Source: Actinomycetota bacterium (GTDB lineage Bacteria > Actinomycetota > Thermoleophilia > Gaiellales > Gaiellaceae). Taken from it: a stretch of 64,000 nt of DNA. This document shows, in pieces, positions 37,138-47,965 of the stretch. Position 1 is the first letter of the stretch; each line of letters starts with the position of its first letter. The position numbers and the translations under genes were made by a program. The notes beneath the pieces were generated by a model. It saw only the letters and a program-made list of their open reading frames with translations, was not told the DNA's origin and searched no databases. The stretch is taken from NCBI GenBank assembly GCA_046723355.1, contig JBKOUJ010000035.1, forward strand, positions 70,736 to 134,735, written 5' to 3'.

Positions 37138-38060
37138 AGGCGTGCGTCGGCGACCGCAAAGAGCGTTTGCGCGTCCGCGCCGTCCGCGGGGTAATGAGTC
37201 ATGCCGGCGCTGATCGAGACCGGTACCGGGAGCTCGCCGGACTTGACGAGCGCCGCGATCCGTGCTTGCAGGCGCGCGACGAACGCGGCCCCAGTGTCCT
37301 TGCCCGCCTCGACGAAGCAGGCCACGAACTCGTCGCCGCCCATCCGCCCGGCGAAGTCCGAGCGGCGTAGCTCGGACCGGAGGAGCTGCGCGACCCGGCG
37401 GAGCACGAGGTCGCCGGTCTGGTGCCCACGCGTGTCATTGATCCGCTTGAAGTCGTCGAAGTCGAGGAAGACGAGCGTGATGCCGGTTCCGTACCGCTCG
37501 GCGCGGTCGAGCTCGTGCTCGAGCTCACGCGTGAACGCAGCGTGGTTGAGCAGGTCCGTGAGCGGGTCGTGCCGGGCGCGGTAGGAAAGCTCGGCGGTCG
37601 CCCTGTCGAAGTACGCGACGACGCACTCGGTGACGAGCGTGTCGATCACGTTGTGGAGCCGCTCCTCGAGTGCGAGGACGTCTTCGGCGGCGAGCGCCGC
37701 GCCGCGCTCGCGGACGAGCCGCCAGAGCACCCGCCGAAGCAGTTGGAACTCGGTAACGATGTCGCGCGGGGCGAACCCCAGCGCCTCGCGCTCGCGCGCG
37801 TGGTCGCGGACGATCGCCGCGAGCGGGCTGCTCCTATGCAGCCGTTCGGGCTTCGGGTGTGCGAGATGCGCCGCGAGCTCCGCGATGAACGTCGGCATGT
37901 CTCCCAGCTGGCCCACACGGCCGAGCCGGCCTAGCGGCGGAATCGTGTCTTCGCGGAGCCCCTCGTCGACTACTGCCAGGGCGAGGTCCCAGGCTCCGGT
38001 GCGGATCTCGTCGGCGAGATCGAGCAGTGTTCCCGAGGTCGGGGCGGCAACCGGCTCCAC
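37107..38060 (-). CDS. diguanylate cyclase (GGDEF) with N-terminal helical sensor domain
   Basis: RHDPLTDLLNH...FLDFDDFKRINDTRGHQTGD...GRMGGDEFV. The 3' end overlaps rluD by 31 nt in convergent orientation. Confidence 0.85.
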   Translation of the reverse strand: MEPVAAPTSGTLLDLADEIRTGAWDLALAVVDEGLREDTIPPLGRLGRVGQLGDMPTFIAELAAHLAHPKPERLHRSSPLAAIVRDHAREREALGFAPRDIVTEFQLLRRVLWRLVRERGAALAAEDVLALEERLHNVIDTLVTECVVAYFDRATAELSYRARHDPLTDLLNHAAFTRELEHELDRAERYGTGITLVFLDFDDFKRINDTRGHQTGDLVLRRVAQLLRSELRRSDFAGRMGGDEFVACFVEAGKDTGAAFVARLQARIAALVKSGELPVPVSISAGMTHYPADGADAQTLFAVADARLYEAKRASAA

Positions 38061-38169
38061 ATTGGAGCTATCGGCATTCCCGATTGAAACTCAAGTAAGA
38101 GTTCTTTGAGAATGAGGCACCGAGCCGGCGGGCTAGGCCCCACCATGAAAGGGCTCTAAGCTGGCATCC

Positions 38170-39438
38170 ATGGCGGTCGAGCAGCGCGTCGACGCGGAAG
38201 CCATCCGGGCGGGCCGGCAGCGGTTCGTCGCGCGCGGCATCGCGACCACGGATGTGGTGGTGGCGCGGGCCGACGGCGCGACGATCTGGGACACCGACGG
38301 CCGCGAATACCTCGACTTCGCGGGAGGGATTGCCTGCCAGAACCTGGGCCACGGCCCCGAGGCGATCGTCCAGGCGATCCACGACCAGGCGGACCGATAC
38401 CTGCACCAGTGCTTCATGGTCGGGCTCTACGAGCCGTACATCGAGGTCTGCAGGCGGCTGGACGAGCTCTGGCCCGGACATGCCGATACGAAGTCATTGC
38501 TGGTCAACTCCGGCGCCGAGGCGATCGAGAATGCGGTCAAGATCGCGCGGACCGCGACCGGGCGACCGGGCGTCGTCGTCTTCGACCGCGCCTTCCACGG
38601 CCGCACGAACCTGACGATGGCGATGACCTCGAAGCTCGTTTACAAGAAGGGCTTCGGCCCGCTTGCCCCGGACGTCTATCGCGCGCCGGCGCCGTACGAG
38701 TACCGCGGCGTCGCGACCGCCGACGCGCTTGCGGGCCTCGAGCTTCTCTTCGCGCAGGACGTCGACCCACAGTCGGTCGCGTGCATCGTCCTCGAGACGG
38801 TCCAGGGGGAGGGCGGCTTCATCCCGATGCCGGCCGACTTCGTGGAACAGCTCAGGGAGATCTGCAGGCGCCACGGGATCCTCTACGTGGCCGACGAGGT
38901 GCAGTCCGGGTGCGGGAGGACGGGGCGCGTCTGGGCGATCGAGCACCTGAACGTCGAGCCCGACCTGATCGTCTCCGGCAAGACGCTCGGCGGCGGGCTG
39001 CCGCTGGCCGCCGTCACGGGCCGCGCCGAGGTGATGGACTCGGTGCATCCCGGCGGCCTCGGCGGCACCTTCGGCGGCAACCCCGTCGCCTGCGCGGCAG
39101 CGTGCGCCGTCCTCGACGCGCTCGCCGAGCCCGGCTTCCGCGAGCGAGCCGAGACTATTGGCCGCCTCCTCCGCGGCCGCCTCGACGAGCTCGCTGAGCA
39201 CGAGGCTTCGATCGGCGAGGCCAGGGGCCTCGGGCCGATGCGAGCGATCGAGTTCGTCGAGCGGTCCGGCGAGGTGACGAAGGCCGTCACGACCAGGGCT
39301 CGGGAAAACGCACTCCTGCTCCTCTCGTGCGGCCTCGACGGCAACGTGATCCGGCTTCTGCCGCCGCTCGCCGCGACCGACGAGGAGCTCGAGCGCGGCC
39401 TGGACATCCTCGCCCAGTCGGTCAAAACAGCCACCTGA
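38170..39438 (+). CDS. gabT: class III aminotransferase, 4-aminobutyrate aminotransferase-like
   Basis: 422 aa. DTDGREYLDFAGGIACQNLGH...ADEVQSGCGRTG...SGKTLGGGLP. Confidence 0.8.
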   Translation: MAVEQRVDAEAIRAGRQRFVARGIATTDVVVARADGATIWDTDGREYLDFAGGIACQNLGHGPEAIVQAIHDQADRYLHQCFMVGLYEPYIEVCRRLDELWPGHADTKSLLVNSGAEAIENAVKIARTATGRPGVVVFDRAFHGRTNLTMAMTSKLVYKKGFGPLAPDVYRAPAPYEYRGVATADALAGLELLFAQDVDPQSVACIVLETVQGEGGFIPMPADFVEQLREICRRHGILYVADEVQSGCGRTGRVWAIEHLNVEPDLIVSGKTLGGGLPLAAVTGRAEVMDSVHPGGLGGTFGGNPVACAAACAVLDALAEPGFRERAETIGRLLRGRLDELAEHEASIGEARGLGPMRAIEFVERSGEVTKAVTTRARENALLLLSCGLDGNVIRLLPPLAATDEELERGLDILAQSVKTAT

Positions 39439-39571
39439 GGTACCATTCGGCCGTCCGTTCCACCGACCCGGCGGGTCGGCTGGGTGGCGGTGCCGGTGCC
39501 GACGACGCCCGGTTCCACCCGGTTTCCGCCGGCAGCAGAGCAACGAAAACCAACAGAAGGGGGCTTAGCCC

Positions 39572-40444
39572 GTGGCAGTCGTCAGCATGCGAGAGCTTCT
39601 GGAAGCCGGAGTGCATTTCGGCCACCAGACGCGCCGCTGGAATCCGAAGATGAAGCGGTTCATCTTCGGCGAGCGCGGCGGCATCTACATCATCGATCTC
39701 CAGCAGACCCTCGAGCGCCTCGAGGAGGCGGCGGCGTTCTCCCGCAACCTCGCAGAGCGTGGCGGGTCGATTCTCTTCGTCGGCACCAAGAAGCAGGCCA
39801 TGGACGCGATCGCCGAGCAGGCGACGCGGGTCGGCATGCCGTTCGTGAACCACCGCTGGCTCGGAGGCTTGCTCACGAACTGGCGGACGATCTCGAAGCG
39901 GATCGAGCGCCTGCACGAGCTGCGGCGCCTGCGCGAAGAGGGCCAGCTCGAGCTGCTGCCGCCGAAGGAACGCATCGCGATGCTGGCCGAGCTCGAGAAG
40001 CTCGACACGAACCTCGGCGGCGTCGCAGACATGCGAAAGCAGCCAGACGCGGTCTTCGTCATCGACCTGCGCAAGGAGCAGCTCGCGATCCGAGAGGCGC
40101 GTCGGCTAGGGATGCCGGTCGTGGCCCTCGTGGACACGAACTGCGACCCGGACGAGGCCGACTACGTGATTCCCGGCAACGACGACGCGATCCGCTCCTG
40201 CTTGCTCGTCACCCGCGTCGTCGCCGACGCGATCGAGGCCGGCAAGGCGAAGGTCTCGCAGGCGGAGATGGCTCAGCGGGCGGCCGAGCCCGAGCCTGAA
40301 GCTGAGGGGCCGAGCACCGAAGAGATCGCCGAGGAGCCCGCCTACGAGCAGGTCGGTGCGCGCGAGAGCGCCGGTGAGGAGGTCGCCACGGGCGTGGCGT
40401 CGCCGCCGGTTCCATCCGAGGCGTCGACGGAGGTGCCGGAATGA
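39572..40444 (+). CDS. rpsB: 30S ribosomal protein S2
   Basis: [22 protein letters not shown]. Acidic C-terminal extension. Confidence 0.95.
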   Translation: MAVVSMRELLEAGVHFGHQTRRWNPKMKRFIFGERGGIYIIDLQQTLERLEEAAAFSRNLAERGGSILFVGTKKQAMDAIAEQATRVGMPFVNHRWLGGLLTNWRTISKRIERLHELRRLREEGQLELLPPKERIAMLAELEKLDTNLGGVADMRKQPDAVFVIDLRKEQLAIREARRLGMPVVALVDTNCDPDEADYVIPGNDDAIRSCLLVTRVVADAIEAGKAKVSQAEMAQRAAEPEPEAEGPSTEEIAEEPAYEQVGARESAGEEVATGVASPPVPSEASTEVPE

Positions 40445-41244
40445 CTGAGATCTCAGCGGCACTCGTCAAGGAGCTCCGCGATCTGACGGGTGCCGGGTTC
40501 ATGGAGTGCAAGCGCGCACTCCAGGAGACGAACGGCGACCTCGAGGTGGCGCAGAAGCTCCTGCGCGAGCGCGGCGTGGCGAGCGCCGCCAAGCGCGCGG
40601 GGCGCGAGACCCCTCAGGGCAAGGTCGGCTACCGCGTCGGGGACGACCGCAAGCGCGGCGTCATCGTCGCCGTCGGCTGCGAGACCGAGCCCGTCTCGAA
40701 CAACGACGAATTCCTCGCCTTCGCGAAAAAGGTGCTCGAGACCGTCGAGCGGGAGGGCCCGCCCGCAGTCGAGCAGCTCGACCATGAGCGGCAGGAGCTC
40801 GTAGGCAAGCTCGGCGAGAACATCGTCGTCGCCGGCGCGGCCCGTTTCGAAGCCGTCGACGGCGCTGTGATCGACGGCTACGCCCACCCGCCGGCGAACA
40901 AGCTCGGCGTGCTCGTCCAGGTCCGCGGCGGCTCTGACGAGCTGGCGCGCAAGCTGGCGATGCACATCGCCGCCTCGCCGGGTACGCGCTGGATCGGCCG
41001 CGACGACGTGCCGGGAGAGATCGTCACGGCGGAACGCGAGATCTACGCGAACTCCGACGAGGTTCAGTCCAAGCCCGAGCAGGCGCGCGAGAAGATCGTC
41101 GAGGGCATGCTGAACAAGCGCTTCTTCGCCGAGCAGGTGCTCGTCGACCAACCATGGATTCACGAGGCCTCGAAGAGCGTGGGCGAGGTTCTCGGCGACG
41201 AGGACGCCGAGGTACTCGAATTCGAGCGGCTCCAGCTCGGATAA
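40441..41244 (+). CDS. tsf: translation elongation factor Ts
   Basis: [39 protein letters not shown]. Confidence 0.95.
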   Translation: MTEISAALVKELRDLTGAGFMECKRALQETNGDLEVAQKLLRERGVASAAKRAGRETPQGKVGYRVGDDRKRGVIVAVGCETEPVSNNDEFLAFAKKVLETVEREGPPAVEQLDHERQELVGKLGENIVVAGAARFEAVDGAVIDGYAHPPANKLGVLVQVRGGSDELARKLAMHIAASPGTRWIGRDDVPGEIVTAEREIYANSDEVQSKPEQAREKIVEGMLNKRFFAEQVLVDQPWIHEASKSVGEVLGDEDAEVLEFERLQLG

Positions 41245-41250
41245 CGATCC

Positions 41251-42027
41251 ATGGCCGTCCGCTCCGAAGAGGAAGTCGCTTCCGAGCGCCCTGGCCGGGC
41301 CGTCTTCCAGCGCGTGCTGCTCAAGCTCTCGGGCGAGGCGCTGATGGGCGACAAGGAATACGGGCTGGACCGCGGGCGGATCGATGCGATCGCCGGCGAG
41401 ATCGTCGGCGTCCAGAAACAGGGCGTCGAGCTCGCAATCGTCGTCGGCGCCGGGAACATCTACCGAGGCATGGCCGCCGCGGCAGAAGGGATGGACCGCG
41501 CGACCGCCGACTATGCGGGGATGCTGGCAACGCTCCTCAACGCGCTCGCTCTGCAGGACGCGCTCGAGCGGCGCGGCGCCCACACGCGGGTCCTCTCCGC
41601 GCTGGAGGTCTCCGAGGTAGCCGAGCCGTACATCCGCCGCCGGGCGATCCGCCACCTCGAGAAGCAGCGGATCGTCATCTTCGCCGCCGGAACGGGCAAC
41701 CCGTTCTTCACGACCGACACCGCCGCGGCCCTCCGGGCGCTCGAGATCAATGCGGACGCGATCCTGATGGCGAAGCACGCGGTCGAGGGGGTCTACGCCG
41801 GCGACCCTCGGGTCGACCCGGACGCCGAGTTCCTTCCCGAGATCACTCACCTGGAGGCGATCGAGCGCGGCCTGAAGGTGATGGACACGACGGCGCTCTC
41901 GCTCTGCATGGACAATCACCTTCCGATCCACGTCTTCGCGCTCGCGGACGACAACATCCGCCGAGTCGTCGACGGCGAGCGTGTCGGCACCATCGTTTCC
42001 ACCCCCACAACCGGAGCTGCCAGATGA
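41251..42027 (+). CDS. pyrH: UMP kinase
   Basis: [11 protein letters not shown]...[10 protein letters not shown]...[20 protein letters not shown]. Confidence 0.95.
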   Translation: MAVRSEEEVASERPGRAVFQRVLLKLSGEALMGDKEYGLDRGRIDAIAGEIVGVQKQGVELAIVVGAGNIYRGMAAAAEGMDRATADYAGMLATLLNALALQDALERRGAHTRVLSALEVSEVAEPYIRRRAIRHLEKQRIVIFAAGTGNPFFTTDTAAALRALEINADAILMAKHAVEGVYAGDPRVDPDAEFLPEITHLEAIERGLKVMDTTALSLCMDNHLPIHVFALADDNIRRVVDGERVGTIVSTPTTGAAR

Positions 42028-42584
42028 CGATCGACGAGTTCATTCAGGACGCGACCCGCCGCATGGACAAGTCCGTCGAGTCCGCCCAGCACGAGTTCAA
42101 CACGCTGCGCACGGGCCGAGCTTCCGCGGCGCTGCTCGACCGCATCCAGGTCGACTACTACGGCACGAAGACGCCGCTCAAGCAGCTCGCGACGATCAAC
42201 GCACCGGAGCCGCGGCTCCTGACCGTGCAGCCGTTCGATCCGAGCTCCCTGCCGGGGATCGAACGGACGATCCAGGAGTCCGATCTCGGGCTGACGCCGT
42301 CGAACGACGGCAAGATCATCCGCCTGCCGATCCCCCAGCTCACGGAGGAGCGCCGCAAGGAGCTTGTCAAGGTTGCGCGGCAGATGGCCGAGGACGGCAA
42401 GGTCGCGATTCGGAACGTCCGCCGTGACGTCATGCACCACCTCAAGGAGCTCGTCGACAAAGGCGACGTCGGCAGCGACGAGGAGCACCGGGCCGAGGAA
42501 CGCGTGCAGAAGCTCACCGACGAACACACCCACAAGATCGACGACCTCCTGAAGCGGAAGGAAGAGGAAATCCTCGAGGTGTGA
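42024..42584 (+). CDS. frr: ribosome recycling factor
   Basis: 186 aa. [28 protein letters not shown]...IRNVRRD. ATGA overlap with pyrH. Confidence 0.95.
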   Translation: MTIDEFIQDATRRMDKSVESAQHEFNTLRTGRASAALLDRIQVDYYGTKTPLKQLATINAPEPRLLTVQPFDPSSLPGIERTIQESDLGLTPSNDGKIIRLPIPQLTEERRKELVKVARQMAEDGKVAIRNVRRDVMHHLKELVDKGDVGSDEEHRAEERVQKLTDEHTHKIDDLLKRKEEEILEV

Positions 42585-42593
42585 GGGCCTCCC

Positions 42594-43325
42594 GTGGGCC
42601 TGTTCGACCGATTTAGGAAAGATCGCGCCGAGCCGCCGCTCGAGCCGGTCGGCTGCGTGGCGATCATCCTCGACGGCAACGCGCGCTGGGCGGCCGCACA
42701 CGGCGTGCCTGTCGCGGAGGGCCACCGCGAGGGAACGCGCGCCCTGCGTAGGACGGTCGAGGCCGCGATCGAGCTCGGGATCGGCGCGGTGGTCGTCTAC
42801 GGCTTCTCGACGGAGAACTGGACGCGGCCTCCGGACGAGGTCGACGACCTGATGGAGATCTTCGGCGAGACGATCGACCGGGAGCTGCCCGATCTCGCCA
42901 GGCAGGGCGTGCGGGTCCGGTTCCTCGGCCGCCGCGACCGCGCGCCGGAGGAGCTCCAGGACAAGATGGCCGAGCTCGAGGCGGCAACGGGGACGAACGA
43001 CCGCCTCGACCTCTGGATCGCGTTCGACTACGGCGGCCGCGCAGAGCTGGCCGACGCCGCCAAGCGGCTCGTCCAGGCCGGGATCGCCCCGGAGGAGATC
43101 GACGAGGACACGTTCGCGCGGGCGCTGTACGAGCCGGACTTGCCGGATCCTGACCTACTGATCCGCACCGCCGGCGACCAGCGCATCTCGAACTTCCTGC
43201 TCTGGCAGCTCGCGTATGCGGAGCTCGTCTTCCTCGACACGACCTGGCCGGACTTCGGCGAGGCCGACCTGCGCGCGGCACTTGGGGAGTACGCGACCCG
43301 CGAGCGGCGCTTCGGCGGTCGCTAG
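42594..43325 (+). CDS. uppS: di-trans,poly-cis-undecaprenyl-diphosphate synthase
   Basis: VAIILDGNARWA...FSTENWTRP...RISNFLLWQLAYAEL. Confidence 0.9.
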   Translation: MGLFDRFRKDRAEPPLEPVGCVAIILDGNARWAAAHGVPVAEGHREGTRALRRTVEAAIELGIGAVVVYGFSTENWTRPPDEVDDLMEIFGETIDRELPDLARQGVRVRFLGRRDRAPEELQDKMAELEAATGTNDRLDLWIAFDYGGRAELADAAKRLVQAGIAPEEIDEDTFARALYEPDLPDPDLLIRTAGDQRISNFLLWQLAYAELVFLDTTWPDFGEADLRAALGEYATRERRFGGR

Positions 43326-44123
43326 ATGGCCTCGCTCTGGTCGCGCATCCTCGTCGTCGCCGTGTTGCTGCCGGCGGTGCTCGGCCTCGTCTACCTCGGC
43401 GGCTGGTGGCTCTGGGTGCTCGCGCTAGTGGCCGGTCTGATCGCGCTGCACGAGCTGTACCGGATGGCCCGGTCCCTGCGGCCGCTCGTGCTCGCCGGCT
43501 TCACCGGCCTCGCGCTGGCGCTGCTGGGTGCCCAGCTCGGCGGCGTCGCCTGGATGACCGGCGGCTTTCTCGTCACGCTCGCGCTCGCTTTCGTGCTGAA
43601 GGGCATCTCGGAGACCAGACAGTCGATGGTCGTCGCAATTGCGGTGACCGTGCTCGGCGTTGCCTGGATCGGGCTCGGCCTCGGGCACGCGTTGCTCATC
43701 CGGGCGATCCCCGAGCACGGCCGCCTCGCGGTGTTCACGGTGATGCTGGCCGTGTTCGCCTCGGACACCGCCGCGTACTTCACCGGTCTCGCGATCGGCC
43801 GGCACCGGATGGCGCCGGTGCTCTCGCCGGGCAAGACGTGGGAGGGGCTCGTCGGCGGCACGATCGTCGCCGTGCTGGTGCCGTTCTTCGCGCTCTACCA
43901 CCAACACTTCCTGACGGTCGGCGAGTCGATCGCCCTGGGTGTCGTGATCGCGATCGTCGCGCCGCTCGGCGACCTGTTCGAGTCGGCCCTGAAACGCGAC
44001 ATGAACGTGAAGGACACCGGCCGCCTCCTGGCCGGCCACGGCGGCATGCTCGATCGCATCGACGCGCTCCTCTTCACGTCGGTCGCGTCGTACTACCTGA
44101 TCCGCGCGTTCGGTTGGACGTGA
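43326..44123 (+). CDS. cdsA: phosphatidate cytidylyltransferase
   Basis: 265 aa polytopic membrane protein. C-terminal signature SPGKTWEG...GDLFESALKRDMNVKD...GHGGMLDRID. Confidence 0.85.
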   Translation: MASLWSRILVVAVLLPAVLGLVYLGGWWLWVLALVAGLIALHELYRMARSLRPLVLAGFTGLALALLGAQLGGVAWMTGGFLVTLALAFVLKGISETRQSMVVAIAVTVLGVAWIGLGLGHALLIRAIPEHGRLAVFTVMLAVFASDTAAYFTGLAIGRHRMAPVLSPGKTWEGLVGGTIVAVLVPFFALYHQHFLTVGESIALGVVIAIVAPLGDLFESALKRDMNVKDTGRLLAGHGGMLDRIDALLFTSVASYYLIRAFGWT

Positions 44124-44163
44124 GGGCATCCAAGGCGACCCTCCGCTCGTACACTTCGATGCA

Positions 44164-45225
44164 ATGAAGCGAATCGCCCTCCTCGGGGCCACCGGGTCGA
44201 TCGGGCGACAGGCGCTGGAGATCATCGACGCCCATCCGGAGCTGGAGCTGGTCGCGGCGGCCTCAGGTTCCCGGCCGATCGACGGGCTCGCGCCGCTGAC
44301 GCAGGTCGGCGGAGACCCGACCGAGCTCCTCGAGCATGCGCAGCCCGACGTGGTCCTCAACGCGGTCGTGGGTTTCGCCGGCCTCCCGGCGACGCTCTGG
44401 GCGCTCGAGCGAGGGATCGACCTCGCGCTCGCGAACAAGGAGAGCCTCGTGGCGGCTGGCGATCTGGCGACCGCCGCCTGGCGGCGTGGCGGAGGGCGGC
44501 TGCTCCCAGTCGACAGCGAACACTCCGCCGCCTACCAGTGCCTCGAGGGCCGCGATCCTGAGAGCCTCCACTCCCTGGTTCTCACCGCATCGGGCGGCCC
44601 ATTTCGAGGTCGTGGGCGGGAGGAACTGGCCGATGTGACCCCTGATGAGGCGCTCGCGCACCCGACCTGGAACATGGGCCCGAAGATCACGATCGACTCG
44701 TCGACGCTCGCCAACAAGGGCCTCGAGTTGATCGAGGCGCACTTCCTCTTCGATATCGACTACGACCGGATCGAGGTCGTGATCCACCCGACCTCGACCG
44801 TGCATGCGCTCGTCCGCTTCCGCGACGGCGCCGCGGTCGCGCACCTCGGGTATCCCGACATGCGCGTCCCGATCTCTTTCGCGCTCACGTACCCCGAGCG
44901 GGCCGCGACGCCCATTCCGCCGCTCGACCTCGCCTCGGGCCTGACGCTCGAGTTCGAGGCGCCCGACCTGGAGACGTTTCCCCTTCTCGCGCTGGCGCGC
45001 GAGGCGGGGGAGCGTGGCGGCACGTACCCATGCGCGTTCAACGCCGCGAACGAAGTCGCAGTCGCAGCGTTCCTTGACGGCCGACTGCCGTTCCTCTCGA
45101 TCGCAGAGGCGGTCGAGGAGACGCTCGGATCCGTCGAGGGCGACCCCGCGCGTGACCTGAACGAACTCGTCGAGGCCGACGCCGAGGCGCGCCGCCTCGC
45201 GGAACGAACGGCGGCTGCCGCGTGA
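44164..45225 (+). CDS. dxr: 1-deoxy-D-xylulose 5-phosphate reductoisomerase
   Basis: LLGATGSIGRQAL...LANKESLV...PVDSEHSA...LTASGGPFR. Confidence 0.95.
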   Translation: MKRIALLGATGSIGRQALEIIDAHPELELVAAASGSRPIDGLAPLTQVGGDPTELLEHAQPDVVLNAVVGFAGLPATLWALERGIDLALANKESLVAAGDLATAAWRRGGGRLLPVDSEHSAAYQCLEGRDPESLHSLVLTASGGPFRGRGREELADVTPDEALAHPTWNMGPKITIDSSTLANKGLELIEAHFLFDIDYDRIEVVIHPTSTVHALVRFRDGAAVAHLGYPDMRVPISFALTYPERAATPIPPLDLASGLTLEFEAPDLETFPLLALAREAGERGGTYPCAFNAANEVAVAAFLDGRLPFLSIAEAVEETLGSVEGDPARDLNELVEADAEARRLAERTAAAA

Positions 45226-46454
45226 GCATTTTCATTGCGATCTTTGGACTGGCGTTCCTCGTGCTCATCCACGAGGCGGGCCACTTCTTCACCGCCCGTG
45301 CCGTCGGCATGAAGCCGCGGAAGTTCTACATCGGTTTCCCCCCGGCGCTCGCGAAAACGAACCGGAACGGGATCGAGTACGGCATCGGCGCGATCCCGCT
45401 CGGCGGTTACGTGAAGATCCCCGGCATGCACAGGCCGGCGCCGTCCGACCTGGACTCGTACTTCGGCCCGGCCTTGATGCACGACCCGTCGCTGGTGGGC
45501 CCGGTCGAGCGCCTGAAACGGCTGGTGGCGGAGGGAAACTTCGCCGCTGCAAGGAGCGAGCTCGCGGATCTCGACGAGGCGCTCCAGCGCGCGCGGCTTC
45601 CCACCCCGGCGGCCCGCGCGGCCAGGCGCGGCCGGAGCGAGCTGGCCGACGCCCTCGGGGACGACGCCTACTGGCGCCAGGGGACCGCGAAGCGCGTCGC
45701 TGTCATCGCCGCCGGTCCGGCGACGAACATCGTCTTCGCGATCCTGATCCTGGCGGTCGTCTACATGCTCGGCGTTCCGAACGGCGCCTCGACCCGCGTG
45801 AACAGGGTGTCACCCGAATCACCTGCTGCGCACGCCGGCCTCCGTCATGGCGACCGCATCGTCGCGGTCAACCAGCAGCCGACGAAGACTTTCAAAGAGG
45901 TCTCAAAGGCCATCAAGGCGAGCAAGGGCAAGGCGATCATCGTGTCGGTCGTCCGGCGCGGCAACTACATCGAGCTGCCCCCCGAGGAGACGATCCGTCA
46001 TAACGGCTACTACGCCTACGGCTTTACGCCGGCGGGGATCGTCTACAAGCGGTACGACCCGGCGACCGCGGTCGCGTACGCCGGCAAGGACACATGGGAT
46101 GTGACGGCCGGAATCGCGAGCTCGCTGGCCGGGATCGTCAAAGGGGGCCAGGGCCGCAAGGACGTCTCGTCGACCGTCGGCATCGTCGACGTCTCCAGCC
46201 AGGCGGTCAAGACCGACTACCGCGACTACCTGGGGATCTTGGCGCTGATCAGCCTCTCGCTCGCGCTCCTGAACCTGCTGCCGCTGTTGCCGCTCGACGG
46301 CGGCCACATCGCGTTCTCCCTGTTCGAGGGAATCCGGGGCCGCGCGGTCGGCCGGGCCGTCTACGAGCGCGTCTCCGTCGTTGGAATTGCCCTGGTCTTG
46401 TTCATGTTCTTCGTAGGGCTCTCCAACGACTTGGGTCGAATCGGCGGAGGCTAA
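45222..46454 (+). CDS. rseP: RIP metalloprotease RseP (site-2 protease)
   Basis: HEAGHFF zinc motif, a PDZ region, and C-terminal LNLLPLLPLDGGH. Confidence 0.85.
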   Translation: MSIFIAIFGLAFLVLIHEAGHFFTARAVGMKPRKFYIGFPPALAKTNRNGIEYGIGAIPLGGYVKIPGMHRPAPSDLDSYFGPALMHDPSLVGPVERLKRLVAEGNFAAARSELADLDEALQRARLPTPAARAARRGRSELADALGDDAYWRQGTAKRVAVIAAGPATNIVFAILILAVVYMLGVPNGASTRVNRVSPESPAAHAGLRHGDRIVAVNQQPTKTFKEVSKAIKASKGKAIIVSVVRRGNYIELPPEETIRHNGYYAYGFTPAGIVYKRYDPATAVAYAGKDTWDVTAGIASSLAGIVKGGQGRKDVSSTVGIVDVSSQAVKTDYRDYLGILALISLSLALLNLLPLLPLDGGHIAFSLFEGIRGRAVGRAVYERVSVVGIALVLFMFFVGLSNDLGRIGGG

Positions 46455-46463
46455 ACTCGCCGC

Positions 46464-47618
46464 GTGGCGAGCGAACGCTCGATCAACGTAGGCGGCGTCC
46501 AGGTCGGCGGCGGCGCGCCCGTCGTGGTGCAGTCGATGACGCTGACGAAGACGCACGACGTCGAGGAAACGACGGCGCAGATCGCCGCCCTCACGTCGGC
46601 CGGGTGCGAGATCGTTCGGGTCGCGGTGCCGAAAGCCGAGGACGCCGACGCGCTTCCGAAGCTTGTGCGGCTCTCGCCGATCCCGGTCATCGCCGACATC
46701 CACTTCAACGCCAGCCTGGCGCTGCGTGCAATCGACGCCGGCGTCGCCGCGGTGCGGATCAACCCCGGCAACATCGGCGGTGCCGACAAGGTCGCCGAGG
46801 TCGTCCGGGCGGCCAAGAAGGCGGGCATCCCGATGCGGATCGGGGCCAACTCGGGCTCGCTTCCGAAGCACCTCGCGGAGTTGGCCCAGAAGGACCAGGC
46901 TGAGGCGCTCGTCGAGGCTGCCCTCGAGGAAGTGCGCCTGCTCGAGAGCCTCGACTACTACGACTTCAAGATCTCGGTCAAGTCGAGCCACGTGCCGACG
47001 ATGATCCGCGCGTACCGGCTGCTGGCCTCGAAGGTGCCGTACCCGCTCCATCTCGGCGTCACTGAGGCGGGAACGCCGTACTCGGGGTCGATCAAGAGCG
47101 CGGTCGGAATGGGCGCGCTGCTCGTCGACGGGATCGGCGACACGCTTCGCGTCTCCTTAACCGCCGACCCGGTCGAGGAGGTGCGCACAGGCTTCGAGAT
47201 CTTGAAGGCGCTGGGCCTACGCGAGCGCGGCCCGATCATGATCGCGTGCCCGAGCTGCGGGCGCGACAACGTCGGCGTCCAGACCCTCGCCGAGAAGGTC
47301 GAGGAGCGCCTGCATGCGTACCCCCAGCACTTCGAGGTCGCCGTTCTCGGCTGCGCCGTCAACGGACCGGGAGAGGCGGGTGACGCCGACTTCGGCATTG
47401 CCGGCGGCCGCGACGTCGGGTTCGTCTATGCACACGGCCGCGTGCTGAAGAAGGTGTCATCGGAGATCCTCGTCGACGAGCTCTTCCACGAGATCGACAA
47501 ATGGATCGCCGACGGCATGCACCGCCCGAAGCGCCTCAAGATGGCGAAGCCGGCGGCGCTGGCCATGGCAGAGGCGTCGTTGATCCCGCTGGAAGAGGCG
47601 CCGCGTGACCGCGTTTAG
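46464..47618 (+). CDS. ispG: 4-hydroxy-3-methylbut-2-en-1-yl diphosphate synthase
   Basis: VVVQSMT...RVAVP...IADIHF...RINPGNIG...CPSCGR...GCAVNGPGE. The stop TAG 47616-47618 lies inside a repeat element. Confidence 0.95.
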   Translation: MASERSINVGGVQVGGGAPVVVQSMTLTKTHDVEETTAQIAALTSAGCEIVRVAVPKAEDADALPKLVRLSPIPVIADIHFNASLALRAIDAGVAAVRINPGNIGGADKVAEVVRAAKKAGIPMRIGANSGSLPKHLAELAQKDQAEALVEAALEEVRLLESLDYYDFKISVKSSHVPTMIRAYRLLASKVPYPLHLGVTEAGTPYSGSIKSAVGMGALLVDGIGDTLRVSLTADPVEEVRTGFEILKALGLRERGPIMIACPSCGRDNVGVQTLAEKVEERLHAYPQHFEVAVLGCAVNGPGEAGDADFGIAGGRDVGFVYAHGRVLKKVSSEILVDELFHEIDKWIADGMHRPKRLKMAKPAALAMAEASLIPLEEAPRDRV

Positions 47619-47672
47619 CGGCCGCCCGAGTGAATCGGGCGGCCTCTTAAGCGACGCCGCGAGCGGCGTCGC
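47613..47672. repeat. REP-like hairpin pair at the ispG 3' end
   Basis: GTTTAGCGGCCGCCCGAGTGAATCGGGCGGCCTCTT is the reverse complement of 36195-36230. It is followed by GCGACGCCGC-GA-GCGGCGTCGC at 47651-47672. Confidence 0.7.
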
Positions 47673-47673
47673 A

Positions 47674-47706
47674 GTGGCCGAGGCTTCGCTGATTCCGATC
47701 GAGTGC
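47674..47706 (+). repeat. diverged duplicate of the ispG 3' coding end
   Basis: GTGGCCGAGGCTTCGCTGATTCCGATCGAGTGC compared with 47565-47597, ATGGCAGAGGCGTCGTTGATCCCGCTGGAAGAG. The encoded peptide xAEASLIP is conserved, with four synonymous changes. Confidence 0.55.
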
Positions 47707-47965
47707 GGGACGCTCGCCGGCTCATCCAAACACAAGAGGACGTCGAGCGAGTCCTGACGGCATGGACGCAACTTTCAGCGGGAACGATCAAGACGACGCG
47801 CCGCTGCCGACCTACCTCTGCATCGTCGAGGTTCAGTCCCGTCCAGGCGCGGTCTTCGGCGTCGATAGCTCTGTAAAGGCGCGCCCGCTCACGTGGCCGA
47901 AGGTGCTGTTAGTCCCGACGTGACTTGATCTCCGAGCGCGTCGGGGTTCTAATAGCGGCTGACGC

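Noticed and set aside
47762-47878. A 38-aa ORF (MDATFSGNDQDDAPLPTYLCIVEVQSRPGAVFGVDSSV) in the ispG-to-DivIVA-domain spacer.
   Set aside because: It has no SD and no recognisable family, and its composition is compatible with chance in a 350-nt spacer.
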